The position numbers were made by a program, and so were the translations under genes. A DNA stretch of 64,000 nucleotides from Pseudomonas phage EL. Position 1 is the stretch's first letter; every line of letters begins with the position of its first letter. A model generated the notes under the pieces. It was given only the letters and a program-made list of their open reading frames with translations. It ran no database searches and had not been told where the DNA came from. Positions 20,109-29,668 of the stretch are shown piece by piece. The stretch lies in sequence record AJ697969.1. The stretch is one strand, 5' to 3'.

Positions 20109-20122
20109 GGAGACCTTGTCCC

Positions 20123-20689
20123 ATGTTACTGTTCAATGTGAAGGAGATGGCGAATGGTATCCTCATGCCATCTGAATTGTCTCGGGTAGAACGGGAGACC
20201 ATTATTAAGGACTTGATTGAAACGGCCTTGAGTATCTTCAATAACCCTTCTTTGTGCGACGGGATCCTGGATGACCTGTTGGAGCATTATGAGTTTAACG
20301 TAGGGATACTGAATACCGACCGTATCGTTCTGGATCTCGTAAAGGTCATTAAACACACCGCCCGTAAGCTGGGGTGGGACAGTCGTTTGAAGGCGAAGGT
20401 GGAGTTCAAGCAGGTCGGGAGTGGGTATCATAAAGCCCGTATTGTAATGGATTTGGATGAAACCCTCCAAGCGTTGTCTTCGAATGTAACAGAACCGGTT
20501 CGCCTCAACGACGTTATTAGTGACCATCCAGAAGTCGAGATGCTCAATGAAATCATTTCACTACGATCTAGCAAAGCCCCAAGGAGAGTTCCGGTACTAC
20601 CAGATCGACGTCCAGTGGTTGTTAAAGGAAATCAGGAGTCAGGTTGGGTACCTGGTTACCGGGAGCATTACCGGAAAATCGGTTACTGA
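20123..20689 (+). CDS. hypothetical protein (start at MLLFNVKEM with AAGGAG RBS)
   Basis: ORF; C-terminal 50 aa are Arg/Pro-rich and overlap the next ORF in another frame. Confidence 0.4.
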   Translation: MLLFNVKEMANGILMPSELSRVERETIIKDLIETALSIFNNPSLCDGILDDLLEHYEFNVGILNTDRIVLDLVKVIKHTARKLGWDSRLKAKVEFKQVGSGYHKARIVMDLDETLQALSSNVTEPVRLNDVISDHPEVEMLNEIISLRSSKAPRRVPVLPDRRPVVVKGNQESGWVPGYREHYRKIGY

Positions 20690-20978
20690 ACATTACGACG
20701 AAGTAGCCTTAGGGGTCCTACAGAAAGCCATTGATGAGTGTTTAGTCTTTAACCGCGGCTTTGAGTTGGAAGAGTCTCCTAACGTCTTTCCTCGTAGGCA
20801 AGCGGATAAGTATCTACTACCGGACGATCGAAATGAGTTGGTGATTGATGCAGTAGCTCATTTAAGCCGTTTAATAACCCTCCCCAGCCCCTATACTGCG
20901 TTTAGTCACCCGGTGGTGTACCGGGTGCTGCCGAATGGCAATCTCTTAGTTGGGATCGATAAGAGGGATTTATTATGA
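20520..20978 (+). CDS. hypothetical protein (overlaps the previous ORF by 170 nt in +1 frame)
   Basis: ORF; possible frameshift relationship with 20123..20689. Confidence 0.35.
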   Translation: MTIQKSRCSMKSFHYDLAKPQGEFRYYQIDVQWLLKEIRSQVGYLVTGSITGKSVTEHYDEVALGVLQKAIDECLVFNRGFELEESPNVFPRRQADKYLLPDDRNELVIDAVAHLSRLITLPSPYTAFSHPVVYRVLPNGNLLVGIDKRDLL

Positions 20979-21334
20979 TTACGAAAACCATTCCCCTCGC
21001 GTTGGTGAACCGTTGTTTTACGAACGCTGGCTTAAAGCCTGAGCAGACCTATTCGGTGATAGCGACCCTGGTACATATCTGGCGAATGAATGATCATAAC
21101 GAGGGAATGACCCGGGAGTTGATTTTCAATGAATTGGAATTGGATGAACTGACCGCTCAAACCCTGTGGAACACTCTTCAACAGCCATTACTGGCGATTA
21201 GTCAGCAAATTCGTGAGTTAGCACTGGCTGGGCGATTGGTTAGCTGGAAAGTTCTCCCCCTCACCATTATCTTGGAGATAGAAGATGAAAACCTTGTCCC
21301 ACTCAGTACCTATACCCCCGTTGACCGATCATAA
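20975..21334 (+). CDS. hypothetical protein (119 aa)
   Basis: ATGA start/stop overlap with the previous gene. Confidence 0.45.
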   Translation: MITKTIPLALVNRCFTNAGLKPEQTYSVIATLVHIWRMNDHNEGMTRELIFNELELDELTAQTLWNTLQQPLLAISQQIRELALAGRLVSWKVLPLTIILEIEDENLVPLSTYTPVDRS

Positions 21335-21608
21335 GGAATTCCTGGGGGCGTATAAAGCGTTGTTGAACGCTTTACAGATCCAAGAGAACATTCCTTTCCC
21401 GTTGTCTGCTGGCTTTACGCATCCGGTTGAAAAAGAGAACCAGGCGCTCACCACCCGCTTCTTTCACGATAAGAGCTTGTTCCAACAACTCAAGTTGAAC
21501 CATCCTTTACTTCGGTTACTGGAAGTGAGGGTCCACAACCACATGGCCACCTTTATTTTCGGTTACCCAGAGATCGGTCAAGATGAAAAAGCGTTTCCTC
21601 CGAGTTGA
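21285..21608 (+). CDS. hypothetical protein (107 aa)
   Basis: ORF overlapping its neighbours by 50 and 26 nt. Confidence 0.4.
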   Translation: MKTLSHSVPIPPLTDHKEFLGAYKALLNALQIQENIPFPLSAGFTHPVEKENQALTTRFFHDKSLFQQLKLNHPLLRLLEVRVHNHMATFIFGYPEIGQDEKAFPPS

Positions 21609-21963
21609 TTATGAGCGGATAGCTGAATACGTGTTAGACCGTTCGTTGAAAACTGACGACCTGCTGGTGGATACACCATCGAATGTCATTGACCTGTACC
21701 TCACCCACGCCTTACTTGCTCGTCATTTAAAGCACTTGGAAGCCGCCCTCCAACCATTCAATAGGAACGGTGAATGGGGGTCTTCCCTGGAGATTGAGGG
21801 TGAAGACGAGGATCCCCAATTGACCGAAGTGTTGTTTTCCGATCAAGGGGAAGACATCGTCCACACCTTCCAGGTGAGCTTACGACCGCGTGCGGTGGTT
21901 CACCTTCAGGGTAGAGTCGTGGTGTTACCCCTGATCAAAATAGAAGTGCTTACACGAGGTTAA
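21583..21963 (+). CDS. hypothetical protein (126 aa)
   Basis: ORF. Confidence 0.4.
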   Translation: MKKRFLRVDYERIAEYVLDRSLKTDDLLVDTPSNVIDLYLTHALLARHLKHLEAALQPFNRNGEWGSSLEIEGEDEDPQLTEVLFSDQGEDIVHTFQVSLRPRAVVHLQGRVVVLPLIKIEVLTRG

Positions 21964-21964
21964 T

Positions 21965-22387
21965 ATGGCAGTTACTCCCAGACTCAATGACATTGTGGAT
22001 TTCCAATTGGTACGTAATGGCATCCTTGGGGATGAACGGGTGGGGGTGTTGGTCATCTCAGCCTCTATGACGTATCAAGCGGCTAAGGCCATGGATCCTC
22101 AGATCAATGTAAAACACAGTAACCTGTTTCAATACTTCCAGAATAAAGTGGGTGGGGTAGACGATCCTTCCAAGTATCCGTACTTCGCGGTACAACTCAC
22201 CAATGGGCAATTTGAGGTCATTGGTGTCCCCTGGGTGAACGATGCGACCTTTAAGACTATCGAAGGGCGTATTCGCACCTACACGATCACCAATTACCAG
22301 GAATCCATGGCAGGCCCTATTGCCAACATGCTGCGTAACCTGGGTGCGAGTTATACCGTGCATGATACCACCACGACCAAGAATTAA
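21965..22387 (+). CDS. hypothetical protein (140 aa)
   Basis: ORF starting 1 nt after the previous stop; followed by a strong terminator. Confidence 0.5.
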   Translation: MAVTPRLNDIVDFQLVRNGILGDERVGVLVISASMTYQAAKAMDPQINVKHSNLFQYFQNKVGGVDDPSKYPYFAVQLTNGQFEVIGVPWVNDATFKTIEGRIRTYTITNYQESMAGPIANMLRNLGASYTVHDTTTTKN

Positions 22388-22391
22388 TTCA

Positions 22392-22441
22392 CTACCACAT
22401 CCTCTATTTAAACGGGGGATGTGGTAGAACCTTTATTTTTT
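22392..22441 (+). terminator. rho-independent terminator (CTACCACATCC/GGATGTGGTAG plus T-run)
   Basis: 11-bp stem then AACCTTTATTTTTTCG. Confidence 0.6.
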
Positions 22442-22488
22442 CGTCCCGTGTCTTTTTTAATAGACGTTTTGAACAGAGAGAAAGTCGT

Positions 22489-24591
22489 ATGAATGTTCCA
22501 GCGACTCAAGAGACTGAACCTTATCAGTCACCCTTTATAGAGAAAACGTATGTAAGTAATCGTAATTTCCTGAAAGCGTACCACTACTTAGCGGCCCGTT
22601 ACCTCTCCATTGTGTACGGGTGGGACTATGAGAACCTGCTAGAGATTTGTGAGAAGGTCTTCGTACCGAATGAGAATGGGTTCAAAGAAGCCAAGTTCGG
22701 GGTCTTTAAGAAAGACAAGTACGGAGACCGTGTCCCGACGGTAATGGGAACCCGGGAGTTCTTTAACGCAGTCCAAGAGAACAACTGGCACCTCTCCCCA
22801 TCCTTGGTCGCGTATACCAATACAGAGGAAGAACAATCTGTTAACGCGGCGGGCACCGAAGAGTTTATTGAGTTCCGTCGGTTGTACAAAGGTAAGAAAC
22901 AAGCCGCTAAAGACGTTGGGGACGAGGAAGCGGAGAAGGCGTTCCATGAAATTCAGAATGCCTTAAAGATCTTTAATAATTCTCAATCCGGCGGGATGTC
23001 GTCATCCGGTACCCCTTTGTTCAATAAGTCCGGTCATACGACACTCACCAGCACCTGCCGAGCCCTCACCAGTACGGCTAACCTGATCAATGAACGGTTA
23101 ATTACCGGTAACCGCTTGTTGTTAACTTACAACAAGACGATGGAACTGTTCGTCAGTCAGCTCCAGTTCGCCGACCGTGATTTAATCCAATCGGTGATTG
23201 ATGAGTACGGGATGACGTACGCCACGGTCGACCAGGTCATGGACATGGTGAGACGGTGTACCGCGTACTACTGGGATAACCCTGTTAAACTCAGGGCTAT
23301 TGAACAGTTCTTGAGGGATCTCACCCCCTTAGAACTGACCATTATCCTCTGTACCCAGGATTTGAGAGGGCTGTATACCACCAACCCAGATCTGATTAAA
23401 CGGTTCTTTAAGGAATGGTGTGATATCCCGGAGTTTCCGGAAGGGGTTAAGGAAGAGGATTATCCTAAACCCTTGAATGGGGATTATTACATCCTGTGTT
23501 TAACCAAGCTTGGGGAAAAGTCCAGTAAAGCCCAAATCAACTTCTTGAATGGTTATCACATGGAGGTTGAGAAACGCTGGGGGAACTTCATTAGTGCGTT
23601 CCTCAAATCTTCTATCCCTCCCACCGACATTTACAGCGTCAAAGAGTTGGTTCGTGAAAACGTAATGACCTCTGATACAGACGCCTGTATTTACAGCGTG
23701 GATCAACTGATTCAAGAGTTCTCGACTGACCCTACGGTTTCGTTGAGGTTCAATGGCGTTCTAACCTTCTTCATTCGCAACATTGCGATCGACCAGCACG
23801 CTAAACTTAGTCGCAACATGAATGTGGCTAAGAAGTACGAGCGTCGGTTGAACATGAAGAATGAGTACTTGTATGCGTCGTATGTCACGACCTCCATGTC
23901 GAAACACTACTTCGCGTTGCAACTCATGGTGGAAGGGGTCTTGAATAAGAAACCGAAGTTGGATTTGAAGGGTGTTCACTTACGAGGGGTTAAGATTGCG
24001 GAATTGGTGAGGAAGTTCACCGGGAAACTCATGCGGAAAATCTTGAATGCACTGTACAGCCGTGAGAAGCTGGATGCGCCTAAGATTTTGAGGGAAGTGG
24101 CTGACATCGAGCGTCAGCTGTTTGCCAACCTGGAAGAAGGGGGTTGGGCGTGGTTAACGATTGAAGGGGTTAAGGACCCATCAGCCTATACAGACCCAGA
24201 GAGTAACGAACGGTACATCAACCATTTGTTCTGGGACGAGGTATTGGCTCCTAAGTATGGAGATACCCCCCCATTCCCATATAAAGCCTACAAGATCAAC
24301 CTGACCTTAACCGGTAAGAAGAAACTGGAGGGTTTCTTTAACAGCATCGAGGACCCGAATTATAAAGCCCTGTTGATGGATCACCTTAAAGGACGAGATA
24401 AGCTGAGTTCCATCTATATCCCTACCGATCAGATTGATCAAATGGGTGGAATCCCTAAAGAGTTTATTCCGTTTATTGACAAACGCCAAATCGTTAGTCA
24501 TAACCTAAAATCCATTTATGCGATTCTAGAAGCGTTAGGACTCTTTATCTTAAATGCTAAGGTAACGAGGCTGGTTTCTGATGAACATTGA
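22489..24591 (+). CDS. hypothetical large protein (700 aa)
   Basis: long ORF; no recognisable catalytic motifs. Confidence 0.6.
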   Translation: MNVPATQETEPYQSPFIEKTYVSNRNFLKAYHYLAARYLSIVYGWDYENLLEICEKVFVPNENGFKEAKFGVFKKDKYGDRVPTVMGTREFFNAVQENNWHLSPSLVAYTNTEEEQSVNAAGTEEFIEFRRLYKGKKQAAKDVGDEEAEKAFHEIQNALKIFNNSQSGGMSSSGTPLFNKSGHTTLTSTCRALTSTANLINERLITGNRLLLTYNKTMELFVSQLQFADRDLIQSVIDEYGMTYATVDQVMDMVRRCTAYYWDNPVKLRAIEQFLRDLTPLELTIILCTQDLRGLYTTNPDLIKRFFKEWCDIPEFPEGVKEEDYPKPLNGDYYILCLTKLGEKSSKAQINFLNGYHMEVEKRWGNFISAFLKSSIPPTDIYSVKELVRENVMTSDTDACIYSVDQLIQEFSTDPTVSLRFNGVLTFFIRNIAIDQHAKLSRNMNVAKKYERRLNMKNEYLYASYVTTSMSKHYFALQLMVEGVLNKKPKLDLKGVHLRGVKIAELVRKFTGKLMRKILNALYSREKLDAPKILREVADIERQLFANLEEGGWAWLTIEGVKDPSAYTDPESNERYINHLFWDEVLAPKYGDTPPFPYKAYKINLTLTGKKKLEGFFNSIEDPNYKALLMDHLKGRDKLSSIYIPTDQIDQMGGIPKEFIPFIDKRQIVSHNLKSIYAILEALGLFILNAKVTRLVSDEH

Positions 24592-24637
24592 GGGTGGGTT
24601 TACGCTCAGAAACGAGGCGAATCAATAACACTGACAT

Positions 24638-24685
24638 ACCGAGAGAGGAGGCCCTAAGCCTGCCTCTCTCGGTAGTTTTTATTTA
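24638..24685. terminator. hairpin ACCGAGAGAGG/CCTCTCTCGGT plus T-run between convergent genes
   Basis: 11-bp stem, then AGTTTTTATTT. Confidence 0.55.
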
Positions 24686-24746
24686 ACTTTTTCAATAAGC
24701 TTATTGGGTAAGTCAATTTCTTGACCTCCCACAAGATGGCAGCGTG

Positions 24747-25847
24747 CTATTTCTTGAGGTTAATACGGTTTAGCGTATTCAACTCGTCTGCCAGTTCCAA
24801 GAACCATCCTTTGAAGTACGATTCAGGGATACGTTGGTAGTTATTCACCCGTTTCAAATGACTTCGTTCCACCACACTGTTAATGTCAGCCGCGGGGTAA
24901 TTCCCGTGGTTGCAAATACTCAAGTAGATGGAATACAGCTTCATTAAAGCCGGTTCCCAAACCCAACTGGTTTGCGTAAACAACGCGTTCTTACCCGCCG
25001 GAACGTAGTTGAAGTAGGGTTGTTTATAAATCGACTCAAGGGTAACGAGGAGGTGTTCCAGGTTAAAGAGTCTGCGTCCTGTTAAGGCCTCTCCCAGGAA
25101 AGCCAGGTAGAGGTCCATTAACCGTTGTTCACTGACCGTATTAAACACCACCTTATCCGAGTTCATCACACTCTTCAGTGGTTGTTGGTGAACGAAGTGA
25201 TCGTAGAGGGTGTTAATGACCGTAAGTTGGTTATGAATCAACTGGGCGTTGGCTAAGGGGATCTGGGCGACAAAGGCTCGTATACCCGTATCCCGCTCGT
25301 AGTCCATTTGCTGGTACGCCCACCACGCAACAGCCAACTCCACCAGGTCCACGCCTATAATGGCCAAGTCATTGATCTGTCCGTTAACCGTCTTATCCCG
25401 GTTGAGTGGGTGGGAATAACTTCGTTCGGTAACCGTAGAACACAACGGTACCACAGGACACATGGATACAAAGTCAATAGGAGCACTGTATTGCTTGGTA
25501 TTCTCAATCAGACACCAGTGTTCCCGTACACTATTCCGGTAGAACCCATTGGTGATTGCTTTACCCACATGACCCAACGAGGTAATATTAAACAACGTAC
25601 ATAATGAATACGCCCGGAACCTCGTATAACTGACCACGTAGGAGAGATCCCAATCCTTATTGATGCTTAACTGTTGAAGTAATCCTACCAGGACGTGTTC
25701 GTTCTCGGTATGGAACGGCTGTGCCCTGACGTAGTGGAAAAAGGCTTTACGGTTAAACGCTGTTTGCCGTTGCAGGTTACCCAAGTCACCGAACCGTAAC
25801 CGGGGATAAACCGTGTTAGACGGTTTAGGGAATGACAAGGTTAGCAT
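24747..25847 (-). CDS. hypothetical protein (~366 aa; start at MLTLSFPKPSN, upstream extension looks non-coding)
   Basis: ORF; the first 49 codons of the longer ORF have junk-like composition. Confidence 0.45.
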   Translation of the reverse strand: MLTLSFPKPSNTVYPRLRFGDLGNLQRQTAFNRKAFFHYVRAQPFHTENEHVLVGLLQQLSINKDWDLSYVVSYTRFRAYSLCTLFNITSLGHVGKAITNGFYRNSVREHWCLIENTKQYSAPIDFVSMCPVVPLCSTVTERSYSHPLNRDKTVNGQINDLAIIGVDLVELAVAWWAYQQMDYERDTGIRAFVAQIPLANAQLIHNQLTVINTLYDHFVHQQPLKSVMNSDKVVFNTVSEQRLMDLYLAFLGEALTGRRLFNLEHLLVTLESIYKQPYFNYVPAGKNALFTQTSWVWEPALMKLYSIYLSICNHGNYPAADINSVVERSHLKRVNNYQRIPESYFKGWFLELADELNTLNRINLKK

Positions 25848-26125
25848 GTGAGTATTTTTCCAGTGATGAACTATTATATAGCACACCACGGTCTCCCGGT
25901 TCGTCCGGGAGTCGTTGGAGTGCAATTTCGAAAATGGTATGAGTTTGAACAAGTACCTATAGCATTTCAGCCTAAAAAGCCGGAATGTGACCAAGTGCTA
26001 GAATTTTTCAAACCCATATTACCAGTGTGAATCGCCACAAGGATATTTGTGTGTGTAGGCAAACACTACGCGATTCCGCTATAGCGAAGCAAACCCTTTC
26101 TTAAGAAAACGATGGAGTTTACCCC

Positions 26126-28138
26126 ATGGCTGTGAATAAAGGTCGTTCGTCCGAATCCACCACTCCGAACTCTTCCTGGACCGATGAAGAAGCCGGCGAT
26201 AACGGTTTGAGCGCCAGCGTACGTCAAGACACCACCGGTCTGTCGGGCCTCTTCAGCCTGACCTCGATGACTTCGGACAACCGCAATATGGTGGAAGTCT
26301 CCGAAGTCGCCAAGATCCTCAAGGAACGTTTCACCCGTATCGCGGAGGCTACCACTCCGGAAGCTCAGCGCAACATCGTTCCGAACGTGGATGAAATGAC
26401 CGCCGGCATCTCCAGCATCCTCCCGGGCCTGGTACTGCACAAAGTCATCAACAACAAACTCTGGGTAATGGGTGTCCTGTTCTCCAACAAGGACCTGACC
26501 ATTTCCTCGGAGCCGATCCGTATCAACACCCTCAACGGTATCCAACAGCAAATCTCGGTGCCGCTGACCCCGACCAACTACGCCAACGAAGCGGTCATGA
26601 AGAACTTGGTGTCTTATTACACCCGTGTGGCGGAACAGCAAGGTGCGAAAGGGGTTGAAGTCATCAACATGGTCGTGGTTGACCTGGAGATGCTGAACCA
26701 CCCGGAAGCCGGCGATCCCAAGGACCGTCCGGCCAAGCTGGCGGGTTACCTCACCAACCAGTGGGAAACCGGTGTTCTGGTCCGTGCGACCATCGAGATC
26801 GCCAGCGCTGGCGTTCCGCTGCCGTCCCCGTTCGCGGATCCGAAGCATCCCTTCGGTAAAGACGGTTGTGCGGAAGCGCGGGTTACCGCTATCCAAGAAC
26901 GTGTTACCAAGGCGTTCACCCTGAGCGCTGCGAACATGGAAGTGGTGGCGGCTACCATCAGCGACCTCAACCGTAGTGGTGGTGTCTCTTCCCAGAACAA
27001 CAGCAAGGAGATCGCACGCGCTACGGCTATCGTCAGCCTGGCAGGTATCACCATGCAGGCTCACCAAGCCAACCTGGCTGCCAGCCGCGGTGCCGCTCAG
27101 CACAATGACCTGATCAATCAGTTCCTGAACCTGACCGGTGGTGTTTACCCGCACGGCTACCGTCCGCTGCACCCGGTGATCACCATGGAAACCGCGTACG
27201 CCGGTGAAATGATGAACTTCAACCAGGGTCTGTTCCCGTTCTTCTTCGGGCTGTACCTGCTGATGACCACCAACACCGACTACGTCTTCTCTGAAGCACT
27301 GCGTAAGGTGAGCGTGGGTCAACGGGGTAACCTGAGTGCACTGGAACCGCGTATCGACAGTCTGCTGGGTGGTGTGAACCCGCCGAACCGTCTGAAACTG
27401 AATGACAAAAACATCACGGATATCGATGTTGTTAACCAATGGATTCGTCAGAACGTTTCGCAACACGCGATCTTCCGTTCGAACATCGTCCTGAATGGTC
27501 CGGATTCCGCGATCAACAACTTCCTCAGCCGGCTGAGCCAGCAAAACCGTTCTAAGGAAGTGGGGATTGTGGTATCGGTGATCGATGCGATGACCAAGAA
27601 CAAGTTCTCTCAGATCATCGAGCAGAACCGTTCGGCGCGCACCGGTTGGACTCCGGAAAAACCGGTCCTGCACCGCACCCCGATCCTGGTGGTCAACGGC
27701 TTGGCTGAAGCGCCCAATGGTAAGAAACTGAATACCTTGGAAGTGGATGAAATGCTGCTGGGCCACTACAAAGGTGCGAACGGTGCCCAGGCGATGATGA
27801 ACTACCTGGCGGTCATGTACGGTGTTACCAACGAAGACCCCAAAGCCCGTTGCCAGAAGCTCAACCTGGAGCTGAACCAATCGCTGTTCAACGGCGCGGT
27901 TCACATCAACAGCTACTCGCAAGCGGCGGTCTGGGATCCGAACTTCATGGCAGCCCTGGCGCAAGCTATGGAAAGCCTGGGTAGCATGAACGCAGCGAAC
28001 TCCGCGGCCAGCTTCCGTCCGAATCAGGCTGTTTATGTGCCGGGTGCAGGTCTGGCTACTACTGCCTTTGCAGGTGGTAGTTCCCTGTCCAACCCGAACC
28101 TCATGAACGCCTTCCTGGGCGGTTTTGCGTTCGGCTGA
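26126..28138 (+). CDS. highly expressed 670-aa protein; candidate major structural protein (phage-nucleus shell/chimallin-like or capsid) - function unproven
   Basis: Strongest codon optimisation in the window (CGT/CTG/AAC/ACC/GGT/CCG almost exclusively); GGAG RBS; own strong terminator; disordered acidic N-terminus and Gly/hydrophobic C-terminal tail. The 632-aa antisense ORF is an artefact of codon bias. Confidence 0.65.
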   Translation: MAVNKGRSSESTTPNSSWTDEEAGDNGLSASVRQDTTGLSGLFSLTSMTSDNRNMVEVSEVAKILKERFTRIAEATTPEAQRNIVPNVDEMTAGISSILPGLVLHKVINNKLWVMGVLFSNKDLTISSEPIRINTLNGIQQQISVPLTPTNYANEAVMKNLVSYYTRVAEQQGAKGVEVINMVVVDLEMLNHPEAGDPKDRPAKLAGYLTNQWETGVLVRATIEIASAGVPLPSPFADPKHPFGKDGCAEARVTAIQERVTKAFTLSAANMEVVAATISDLNRSGGVSSQNNSKEIARATAIVSLAGITMQAHQANLAASRGAAQHNDLINQFLNLTGGVYPHGYRPLHPVITMETAYAGEMMNFNQGLFPFFFGLYLLMTTNTDYVFSEALRKVSVGQRGNLSALEPRIDSLLGGVNPPNRLKLNDKNITDIDVVNQWIRQNVSQHAIFRSNIVLNGPDSAINNFLSRLSQQNRSKEVGIVVSVIDAMTKNKFSQIIEQNRSARTGWTPEKPVLHRTPILVVNGLAEAPNGKKLNTLEVDEMLLGHYKGANGAQAMMNYLAVMYGVTNEDPKARCQKLNLELNQSLFNGAVHINSYSQAAVWDPNFMAALAQAMESLGSMNAANSAASFRPNQAVYVPGAGLATTAFAGGSSLSNPNLMNAFLGGFAFG

Positions 28139-28161
28139 TACGAGAGTGTGCTGAAAGAGTG

Positions 28162-28222
28162 AAGGTTAGGGGGCTTTCGGGCTCCCTAACCTTTATTCCG
28201 CTTTTGTCTTTTTGGAGTTTAT
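28162..28222 (+). terminator. rho-independent terminator (AAGGTTAGGGGGC/GCTCCCTAACCTT plus T-rich run)
   Basis: 13-bp stem with one G-U/mismatch, then TATTCCGCTTTTGTCTTTTTGG. Confidence 0.55.
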
Positions 28223-28225
28223 TCG

Positions 28226-29668
28226 ATGGAACTACCTGAACTGACTCCGAGTCTTTCGTTGGCCATTAAACGGTTAACGGAATACAGTGAAGAAGTGCTG
28301 GATCCCCTTAAGGACTTTGTCGGCTACGCCAGTAAGCTGGATTTTTCCTTGGAGGATGATCCTCGGTTCTCGATGCCGGCCTATCCCGATTTTGAAGACT
28401 ACGACTACCTGCACGATACCAGCCGTCTTAAGCAAGTCTACCTGAATGACTTCGATTTCAATCTGGAAGAAGACCGAGAAGCCCTCAGTCGTTTAACCCG
28501 GATGGAGTTTGAGGGTAATTCGTTTGATACCGTTGCGCGGTGTTTGTGTAAGGACGGCAAGGGACTCCGGGGTAACTACCTCCTGGGTACCGAACGGGTG
28601 TGTCCACGGTGTGGGAGTAAAGCAGAACTCTTCTTGGATCAAGGGGAAGACACCCGGATCTGGCTCAAATGCCCCGAAGGGGTGAAGAAGTTCGTTAATA
28701 TCGGGTTCTTTACGACCTTCTTTAACAATATCAGCATAGGAAACCCGTCCCCCAAGATCAATGTACCGCGTTACTTCATTGATCCTCTGTATCGAACCAA
28801 GGTTAAGAAGCAACGGAATGGAACCCTCATTGCCATTAACCAGATGCTCGGTGACTTGGAGATCCACCATGTCGACCTGAACACGTTCTATGATCACTGT
28901 GATCGGATCATGGAATACATTCTGGTAGGTCCAGGTGAGCGCTGGTCGAAGTACCGGGGAGGGGAAGGTGCTGAGATCCTGGAACTGTATCATCGGTATA
29001 AACACATCGCGTTCTGTAATTACATGAAGGTACCCAGTCGGTACTGCATGGTGCTGGAACGGGTGGGTAAAGAAGTCCGGAGTTATGAGCATCAGCCTGA
29101 AACAGCGAAGCTCTATAACGCCATTGCGGATACCATGAAGTCCAGCAATTGTTATCAGCTCACTGAAAAGGACTTGCAACGCAATGTGGACATTGTGGGT
29201 AAGAACCTGGTGGCGTTAGCTGATCAATTCAGGAGTGTCAATAACCCCAAAGCCGTGTTTAATAAACACGGGATCAACCGTAAGCATGTGTGCGCAGGTC
29301 CGGTGCCATTAACGGGACGGTCGGTGATTACCTCTCAAACGGGTATTATTAATCACTCTGAAGTGATTATGCCGTGGAAGATGGTCGTTACCATCCTGGA
29401 ACAACCCATTACGAACCACCTCTATCGGTTAGGGCATACCCCCCGGAGTGCCCGTAAGCTGATCTATAACGCGGCCTATCGGATCGTTCCAGAAATCGAT
29501 GCGTTCTTACGGCGTGCGGAGGAGAGTCGTAAAGTCCTGGTTCAAATGGGGCGTAACCCCTCGATTGAGTACCTCAGTCGGCGCACCAATTACCTGAGGG
29601 TGAACCGGGATCTGGAAGATGAGAGTATTAAGATCCCCATTACTTCAGTCGGTCCTTACAATGCTTAA
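28226..29668 (+). CDS. RNA polymerase beta' subunit, N-terminal part (exon 1), ending exactly at ...YNA of the NADFDGD catalytic motif
   Basis: RCLCKDGKGLRG...VCPRCGS matches the beta' N-terminal zinc ribbon (E. coli ECLCGKYKRLKHRG..ICEKCGV); C-terminal ESIKIPITSVGPYNA aligns to KAIQLHPLVCAAYNA(DFDGD). Confidence 0.65.
   Translation: MELPELTPSLSLAIKRLTEYSEEVLDPLKDFVGYASKLDFSLEDDPRFSMPAYPDFEDYDYLHDTSRLKQVYLNDFDFNLEEDREALSRLTRMEFEGNSFDTVARCLCKDGKGLRGNYLLGTERVCPRCGSKAELFLDQGEDTRIWLKCPEGVKKFVNIGFFTTFFNNISIGNPSPKINVPRYFIDPLYRTKVKKQRNGTLIAINQMLGDLEIHHVDLNTFYDHCDRIMEYILVGPGERWSKYRGGEGAEILELYHRYKHIAFCNYMKVPSRYCMVLERVGKEVRSYEHQPETAKLYNAIADTMKSSNCYQLTEKDLQRNVDIVGKNLVALADQFRSVNNPKAVFNKHGINRKHVCAGPVPLTGRSVITSQTGIINHSEVIMPWKMVVTILEQPITNHLYRLGHTPRSARKLIYNAAYRIVPEIDAFLRRAEESRKVLVQMGRNPSIEYLSRRTNYLRVNRDLEDESIKIPITSVGPYNA

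Noticed and set aside
26066-27964. 632-aa minus-strand ORF overlapping the 670-aa plus-strand gene
   Set aside because: Arg/Gly/Val/His-rich nonsense composition. It is an artefact of the extreme codon bias of the plus-strand gene (stop codons are rare on the complement).
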